64,000 nucleotides of DNA from the NCBI GenBank assembly GCA_036867785.1, contig CP145420.1, positions 1,178,001 to 1,242,000 of the forward strand, in the 5' to 3' direction. The notes under the pieces were generated by a model, which was given only the letters and a program-made list of their open reading frames with translations, made no database searches and was not told where the DNA came from. Shown here one piece after another: positions 48,301-64,000 of the stretch. How positions within the stretch are numbered: the first letter of the stretch is position 1; every line of letters begins with the position of its first letter. Both the position numbers and the translations under genes were made by a program. Source of the DNA: Plasmodiophora brassicae (Eukaryota).

Positions 48301-48961
48301 ATCACCGGGCGCCCTGCAGGCCATATGATTGGTGTCGGTGTCACGACCATTGGAGAACGTCGGGCCCGCGTTGAACGGACGTGTACGATGCCGTGTCGGA
48401 TTGGATCCTGTGGGTCGCACGATCAGTGCCGCCGGGGGTGACGCCACGACCGCGCGCCGGCTGTGGCCGAACGTACTCGGCGTCCGTCGATTGCTGGACG
48501 AAGCTGACGACGGTGTTATCCGGGTACGTCGCCAGGAACGCGCTCATGTACGGCTCGTACACGGCGTACGGGCGCTTCGTCATGATCGTCATGGTGCTGC
48601 CCGTGTTGCCCAGGTTGTAGTGCCCGCCGTAGTGAACCGGGGTCGTCGTCGGCGCTTTCGTTACGACACAGTCTGACGACGTCCGATACGGTCAGCCGGG
48701 GCAATGCAGGCGCTGGGCGATGAACCCGGACGAACCTGTTCCACTGCCGCCCCATCGGCAGGTCGTCTTGCCGGTGCCAGCGTCGCCCGGGCCGATACAG
48801 CAAACGAACCCGGACCCGCTGCACGTGTCGGTCGCCACGCTGCAGGTGATCCAGTCGCCGACGACTGTCCCTGCACACAGGATATGCTCGACAGGCAGCC
48901 AGCAGCTGGCCAGAATGACGACCCGGACGATGCTGCGGCCGAGGGCGGCCTGTGCCGACAT
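45321..48961 (-). CDS. Class C (7tm_3-like) GPCR with bacterial-type sugar-binding-protein ectodomain and Fn3-associated domain
   Basis: Signal peptide. SBP-like MYYRPSVWRRYNVRPPKTWADWMAAC..F.AAGITPI.LG..WPA..FDYFDMR. Fn3-associated IYFTLDGSEP...LYQGPI. 7TM motifs PILKAAAPRFL, GWALMFG, LFAKTYR, TRNVHDAFN/ESKKIAFSIYN and TKIYIIF. Confidence 0.82.
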
Positions 48962-49319
48962 GACGACCGTCAACGTGTGTGTGTGCGGATCGTGGCTCGG
49001 TACCAGAGCGCCTCGTGCGCTTTTACTATACTCGTTAACCGCCGGGTACGGTCCCTTTTCCCTATCGGGCGCTTCCCGGCACACGAGGAGACATGTCGAC
49101 TTCCAGCATCGTCCATTGCTAGACAGGACCTCGGAGATTCGGCGTGTCTGTAGATGATATTCACGGTCGTGCCATCCAGACGAGCAGCTTGACTTCTCTT
49201 ATACCAGGGCTGGCGGTAATGTGCCTCGGCAAACGACCAGTGGCGGACGAGGAACGGGGCGGATCGCCCGGCCGAACATGATCCCGTACCGCCGAGGACG
49301 ATCGGCCCTGGAACCACTT

Positions 49320-49478
49320 TGCGCTTGGAGACGCGGAGCAGGTCCCAGGCCTTGTCATTGTCCATGTCTGTTGCAGACATCCCCACTTAGTATGTGGGAT
49401 GTTCCTGGGCGATGCACGCGACACTAGCGGTGCACGCCGACCTTTGTCGTAGAAGATGATTAGACTTTGGTGAGCAAC
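49320..49478 (-). pseudogene. Relic of a paralogous GPCR 3' end
   Basis: IIFYDK and MDNDKAWDLLRVSKRK match 45445-45583, including the intron position. Indels are present. Confidence 0.75.
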
Positions 49479-50032
49479 CAAAGGATGCGTTTCGACCAGC
49501 TCGCCTCCTACCATCAGCAATCGGCCGGGCATGACCCGGATGGGTCGACATCTACTTCCGCGTGGGCGTTGCCTGTTCTGGCCGCCACGACATCCATCCT
49601 GGGCTCGACACAGAGATGCCATGTCGGACCAGCGCGTTGTTGCTATTCGACAGGGAGCATCTCGGATCCCGCGGGGCGTGCAGTGGCCGGTTCTATTTAT
49701 ACCGAGCCGGCCGCGGACGTGGCCGCCAAATCAGTGGTCGACAATCGCCTGGTGTACGTACTGCTTGCTTGCCTGGCATGGGACAGTGCAGTTCGAGCCC
49801 CGCGCCGACCGCCTTGCGTGTACCTGCGGCCGGCGGTGGACTCCGTGGCAACTATATCCGGCTGTCCGTAGAGTCAGTCTCAGGAAACTGCGCCACTGGG
49901 CCTCCGTCGCCGGACTGATCGGGGCAACACCACCCATCGTCCGTCGTCGTGCAGGTCGACGACTGCCCCGAACGTCATTTGCAAATCGGACGCGGAGCGC
50001 GCACATCGTCGCCGCTCCTCTATCGTATCGTC

Positions 50033-51748
50033 ATGGCTATTCAATCGGGCACGAAGAACGCGCCCGCCCTGGAGCACGCATCTGCCTCCAACACCATCTC
50101 CAGTGTCGTTGTCGACAACGGCGGCGCGCCCGACAAGACGGCCGGCGCTGCACCAAAGACGGTCGGCCTCGTCGACGGCATCGTCTTCGTCCTGTCCTGC
50201 ACGGTCGGGTCCGGATTGTTCTTCGCCCCTGGTGTCTCGGCCCATGCGCTGGGCGACCCGTGCGCATCGCTCCTGTCGTGGTTGGCCGCCGGCGTGCTGT
50301 CGCTGGCCGGCGCCTGGTGCTATGCGGAGCTGGGCACGACGTTCGTCTCGGCCGGCGCCGAATCGCACTACTTCAAGAAGGCGTTCGGGCCGGCCACGTC
50401 CTTCTGCTTCACCTGGTCCACGTTTCTGATCGCGGGTTCATCGGCCTGCTGCGCGATCGCCATCGTCATGGGCCAATACGTCATTGCCATCTTCACAGAC
50501 GCGACCAGCCCGTACGTTTCCCTGTCTCTGGCGTGATCCGTAAGGTTGACCTCTGACCGGCTGTTGCTGTCCAGGTTGAGCACGCAATTCATTGCCACTG
50601 GTGTGCTGGCATTCTTGGCCATAGTGAACATGATCAACCCGTCGTATGTGCTGATGCTGAACCGGTTCAACGTTGTGTGCAAGGTCCTGGCCGTCGCCAT
50701 CGTCATTGTCGGGGCGATCATCGCGGCCGCCATGGGCGCCACGCCCGCGAACGCCTTCATGGGCCAGTCGTGCTTCGGGCCGCAGACCGAATGGGCATCC
50801 TTCGGCAAGGGCATGGTATTCGCGCTGTTCGCCTTCTCCGGGTGGAACTACTTGAACCCGCTGACCGCCGAGATGAAGGACCCGCAGCGTGACGTCCCAA
50901 GGGTACTTCTGTGTCGCATGTGTGCCATCCCTCCGGCCAACGCCTATAGTTCTGATGTGCGATCGTTTCCGCTCGGTAGGTGTACACGATCGGTATGCTG
51001 ACGACGATCACGCTGGCTCTTGGCGTGAACGTCGCCTTCTTCGTCGTGCTGCCGTTCGACCAGTTGACGAACAAACTGGCGGGCCCGTTTGCCGAAGTCG
51101 TCGATCCCGCGTCTGGCATCCTGAAGCCGATCCTCTGTCTGATGATTTCGTTCTGCTGCCTCGGGTCGTGCAACGGCATCATGATGGGGTCGTCCAGGAT
51201 CATTGCGGCGGCCGGCGAGAACGGCGACATCCCGGCGTGCTTCAGCTGGAAGACGAAACGCCACGGCACGCCCTACGTCGCCCTCATCGCGTTCGCCGTG
51301 TACACGAGCGTGATGGCGTTCGCCATGAATCTGGATGATACCGTCGACTTCTACACGGTCGGCCAGTGGACGTTCTTCGTGCTGATCGGCATCAGCATCT
51401 ACGTCCTCCGGAGGAAGTTCCCCGATGTCCGACGGCCGTTCAAGGTATCGGTTCGTTTCCTCAGGTTGATTCCGGCGCTGACGGACGCTCGTACAGGTAA
51501 TCGGATACCCTGTTGTACCGGCAGTCTTCGTTGCTGTCAGCGCGTACGCCGTCGGTGTCACATTCGTACCGGGTGGGTCGGAGGTGCCCGTTGTCGCGCT
51601 GGTCGGCGTTGCGATCATGGCCGCCGGGTTCGGCGTCTACTACGTCCGACGTATGCACCGTCCTGCCAAGGTTGCCGACGACGCGTCGACGGCCGGCGAC
51701 AAGGTCCAGGTCGAGCTAGCCACCCCGGCTGCCGCTGTGGAAGGCTAA
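50033..51748 (+). CDS. LAT/APC-family amino-acid permease, 3 introns
   Basis: CTVGSGLFFAP, CYAELGT, FAFSGWNYL..EMKDPQRDVP, GTPYVAL and RRPFKV. Confidence 0.92.
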
Positions 51749-52026
51749 GCACAACCCCCCCGAGCGTCGGACATTATTCATAATATATTTATGAATACAC
51801 ACACACGGAATTGCAGACCAGCATTCATGGCTGCGGCAACGGGTACGTGTTCCTGTTCGCCCGCCACGTGGGCAGAGACGTCCTGCGGGCCGCCCTCATC
51901 ATTGCCTGGACGGCGACGGCAGCAGCAGCAGCCGCAGCTCGGAGTCGGACCAAGTCCGTGAGTGGCGGGGCGTTGCAGCTTCATTGCGCGGGGTGCGACG
52001 GCGCAGCGCCCGTGTCGTCGTCTGCG

Positions 52027-60122
<8,096 letters not shown>

Positions 60123-60965
60123 CGTCAACACCGTGCACTCGTGACAGGGTCTGCATCGAGTAAACCATCAGGGGCTGTTGTTGCCCCATGCAATTCGTTC
60201 GGCGCCTCCGTAGAACTATGAGTGACAGTCGTTCAATGTTACCGAGAGTGTTGAGTCGCCCGAACGCGAAACGTCCAGGGCCTGCTCTCGCCATAAAATG
60301 TCGATCGACGCGCGAGCGAAGCGCCGCGTCGGACCCGGATGATCCTCTTCCTGAATGCGTAATTGTGCTCGTATTGGTTACAATCACGAGCTCGCGCCAA
60401 ACGTGGAGTGCCAACCTGCACAGCTCGTCGCCGTGATGCTTCCCGGTATTGTGAAGACGACGACTGCCCGGGCTGCGTCGATGGGTTAGGTCCCGAGCAG
60501 GGTTCTGGCCTCCATGTGGCGCATCCTTGTAGGCCGTATTGTCAGCAGCGAGCGTATTATTATCAAATGCCGCTCGTCGCGTGCATCAGGCCGCGCCGTT
60601 TAGGATGCCAGACCGTATGGGGAGAGGGTCAGCAACTGAGCAGGCCAGCTTCCAAAGATGAACCTCGATGGAATGGCGTCGCGTCGTCAGTGGACCTGGG
60701 GTACGCGGGTCTAAGTCAACCGTCGGCAGGGACAGCACCTGACCTTGCTGACGCTGCGGTTGTGAATCACTCAGCCCTTTGGCCTTGATGCGTCTGCGGT
60801 GAGCAGTGTGTAACCCTTCCTAAACAGGTGATCCGGGTTAAGCGCGAACCGATCGTCAGTACGGTGTACGGTACCAGAGCCTGCCTAGGCGCCACCGCCC
60901 AGCCTCCCTTATAGCAGACGAATCAGTGTGGGTGCAGTACCGCCACCGGCGTCAACGACTTGGGC

Positions 60966-63900
60966 ATGGCTGCTGACGCACTGGTCCTGGCGCCTCTCAT
61001 CGCCAGCCTCGTATCGCAGATCGCCGCCGGCGGCTGCTTCGAAACCGTCCCAACGTCGGACCCGCAAATCGCACGGGCGCTCGTCCTCGACCAAGGCGCG
61101 TACTATGGCATCGGGCCACAGCTCATCCTGCAGGTCATTCTCGGCGACTTCATGGGCTATCGGATTACGCCCGGGAACAGCGCCAACCCGGCCCCGGGTG
61201 CGCCCGCCGTCACGATCAGCCCCGCTATCCAGATGCCCGCCTCGCCGAACGATTTGTATTTCGGGCAGCAGGCGCCTGCCAACCTGACCCTGCTGGGCCT
61301 GCTCTCCAAACAGGTGTGGGAAGGCATCTACATCTCCAACTGGCTCCACGACCTGTATCCGAACCTCAGCGACTGGCGAGCGTTCCGAAGCCGGGCCGTT
61401 GTCGACATGTTCACAACGAATCCGCCAACGTTCCCCGGCGTGAACCTAACGGGCACCGGGGCGTTCATGTGGGACGACCCGGTGTCGTGGTACTACATAT
61501 CGGACTACCAGAAGATATTCGCCCAGCTGGGGCTCGACTTCACCGTCCTGAACTACGTCAGCACCGCCAGCTTCAACGCCGACCTTCTAGCCATGCAGGC
61601 GAGCCGCACGCCCGCCTTGTTCTGGGCATCGCCGTTCAACTATCAGCTCCAGGACCTGAACGCCACGCGAGTCAGCCTGCCCCCATTCGACCCGGACCTG
61701 TACCTGGACGATTCGGGTGCCGTGTCTGGCCGTTGCGACTTCCCCGTGTATCGTTTCGGCAAGTACGTCGCCCTGGACCTAAACGTCACGTCGCCCTGGG
61801 CCTTCGAGGTGCGCACGCGCGCCCTTCCACTCCAACGTCCCACCTTACATCGCTCATCACATGCTGTGCCAGGTGATGACCCAGTTCGACATCACCAGCG
61901 ACGACTACATGTGGATGCAGGCGTACGAGAACTCGGTGTACGTCTCCAACCTGCAATCGGCGTGCCAGTGGGCGAAAGCCAACGAGCGGCGCTGGAAGCA
62001 GTGGATTCCCGTCGCGTTCTTTCGCAGCGAGATCTGTTCCGCCGGGCAGGAGAACATTGGCAGGTTTGCCGACGCCCTCAATCGAACGTTCTGCGCCGAG
62101 TGCCGGCCGGGGCACTTCTCGGCAAACGGCAGCGCGTGTGTGCCGTGCCCCATGGGGACGTTCGCCGACGCACCCGGTATGTCGTCATGCCAGCCATGCC
62201 CGTACCTGTCGACGACGCTGCATACGGGAAGCAGGTCGCTGTCCGACTGCCTGTGCACAGCGGGGTCCTACGAGCGCATACGGGCGAACACCCAACTGGT
62301 CTGCATCGCCTGCGACCCGACCGGGTATGCGTCATCGATCGGGCAGCTCCAGTGCACGCCCTGCCAGTCGCACTCGACGACGAACACGACGGGAGCCACC
62401 TCAGCGGGATCCTGTGCCTGTACGGAAGGGTACTACGAGGCGCAGGAAGGGCACTGCCAGGCCTGCCCAGGTGGAGCCCAATGTGCTGGCAGCGGCGCCA
62501 TGCCATTGGCGAAGGTGCACCACCGTTATGCGCTTGCTGCAGCGACGACGACGTTAACGGCATGTGTGTGTGTGTGTGTGTGTGTGTGCAGGTCGGGTAC
62601 TGGAGCAGCGCAGGCAACCCGCTGGAATTCTACCTGTGCTCGTCACCGGGTCGCTGCCCTGGCGGCTTGCAGCCTGGCACCTGCCCAGCCGGGTACGACG
62701 ACGTGCTGTGCGCCGACTGTCAATCGGGCTGGTACACCAGCGGCCCCATCTGCAAGGAATGTCGCAGCTCGATCTGGCAGGTCACCCTGACGGCCGCCTT
62801 CTTCCTGCTGATCGCCGTACCGTGCCTGATCATCTTCATTGTGAGTCCATACGCCTGCCCCAGACGTCCCAGGACCGTTCGTCGATGGGCCTGACCAATC
62901 TACAATATGCACGCAGACGATCGATATGACGAAGAACAGGCAGAACGAGCATTCGTCGGTGAGCTGGACGGTGGCCGTCCGCCAGGCCGTCGAATTCTGC
63001 CAGCTCCTGTCGGTGGTGGGCGGACAGGTCATCCGCGACGTGACGTTCGCCGTCCCCAAGTATATTACGGCGGTCGGCAGCGTGTCGACGGTGTTCTCGT
63101 TGTCGCCCGGTCAGTTCGAGGTCGAGTGCCTGCTGAAAACGTCGTGGACCCTCTCGTACACTGTCCGGACCACTGTGCTGAACACGTTCGCTGCGCTGGT
63201 CATCACCGCCACCGTCCTCAAACAGTACTCGCCCAGGTTCTTGCCACTGCCACACGCCAACAAACTGCTGTCGGGGTCGTTGCGATTGCTCGACATCCTC
63301 TACATCTACGTACGTGTGTGTTTTCACAGCCAACCCTAGATTGACGATATGCTGCTTACAGTACTTGTCAACGTTGCTGGAGTTGTTCAAGTGCTATGAG
63401 CAACCAACCAGCCCCGGGTTGTACACGTCCGAGTACGATGCCAGGATCCGCTGCTACGCTCCCGGCCAATGGATGGCTCTGCTTCCAACGGCCATTGTTG
63501 GCCTCTTCCTGGCCACGATCGGTACGAGTACGGATGCGCCAGTGTCCACGCTTGGTCCTGACATGTACGTGCGTGCCTTGTACAGCGTATCCGCTCATGG
63601 TGGGCGCCATTATGTGGAGCGCCCCGTCGCAAACGTCCAACGACGATTTCTTCGAGGTCGGCCACGTTTGCACCGACCACACGAACTATACGTAATTGGC
63701 GACTGATCGTTGGTCGCTGTTCAACCTGCAGATCTTCGCCCACTACTTCCGCCCGTATCACAACAAGGTCCCACGACCTGCCTCCAACGACATGTGAAGG
63801 AGCTAACGCTTCGTGTTCCGTTTCGTAGATGTGGTTCTGGTACTGTCCGACATTGTTGCGCAAGCTGTTAGTATCGTTCCTGCTGTCCTCCATTGGGTCG

Positions 63901-64000
63901 GACGACTCGTCGACAACGGCCATTGGCGCGATGATTGTCTGCGCCCACCTGGCCGGCTCCGACCTGTGCCGGCCGTACTTCCACAACGTCAACAACCGCC
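60966..64000 (+). CDS. Receptor-like membrane protein: glycine-betaine-binding-like PBP domain, Cys-rich GCC2/GCC3-type repeats and multi-TM region (runs off the right edge)
   Basis: Signal peptide, WEGIYI, ALFWASP, RVSLPPF..CDFP, ACQWAKANERRWKQWIP, CPMGTFADAPGMSSCQPCP-type repeats, CPAGYDDVLCADC and hydrophobic helices. Confidence 0.72.
62563..62588. repeat. (TG)n microsatellite at an intron 3' end
   Basis: About 13 TG units directly before the CAG acceptor. Confidence 0.9.

Overview
GC-rich, very compact eukaryotic DNA with many short (about 50-80 nt) GT-AG introns. BBS7 implies a flagellated stage, and the overall style suggests a phytomyxid such as Plasmodiophora (inference, not verified). 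Bases 1-7.5 kb are a nest of transposable elements: two Ty3/gypsy chromovirus copies in opposite orientation, an unknown ORF-bearing unit and a degenerate RNase H-containing LINE. Recognisable genes are a two-pore channel, calnexin, a thioredoxin-like protein, snurportin-1, an ENTH protein, a SAC3-domain protein, BBS7, a C2H2 zinc-finger protein, threonine deaminase, a LAT amino-acid permease and PRP8 (18 introns, no intein at the usual site). The most interesting content is five items. (i) A tandem array of four paralogous type-I membrane genes (25.7-38.2 kb) with an uncharacterised beta-rich ectodomain; one copy is a clear mosaic and has a frameshifted tail. (ii) A class-C-like GPCR whose ectodomain resembles a bacterial ABC sugar-binding protein. 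(iii) A second receptor-like gene with a glycine-betaine-binding-like ectodomain. (iv) A secreted pseudo-tyrosinase lacking 4 of 6 copper ligands and carrying a duplicated insert. (v) Two long fold-back inverted repeats. All family calls come from motif recognition by eye; no database search was run.
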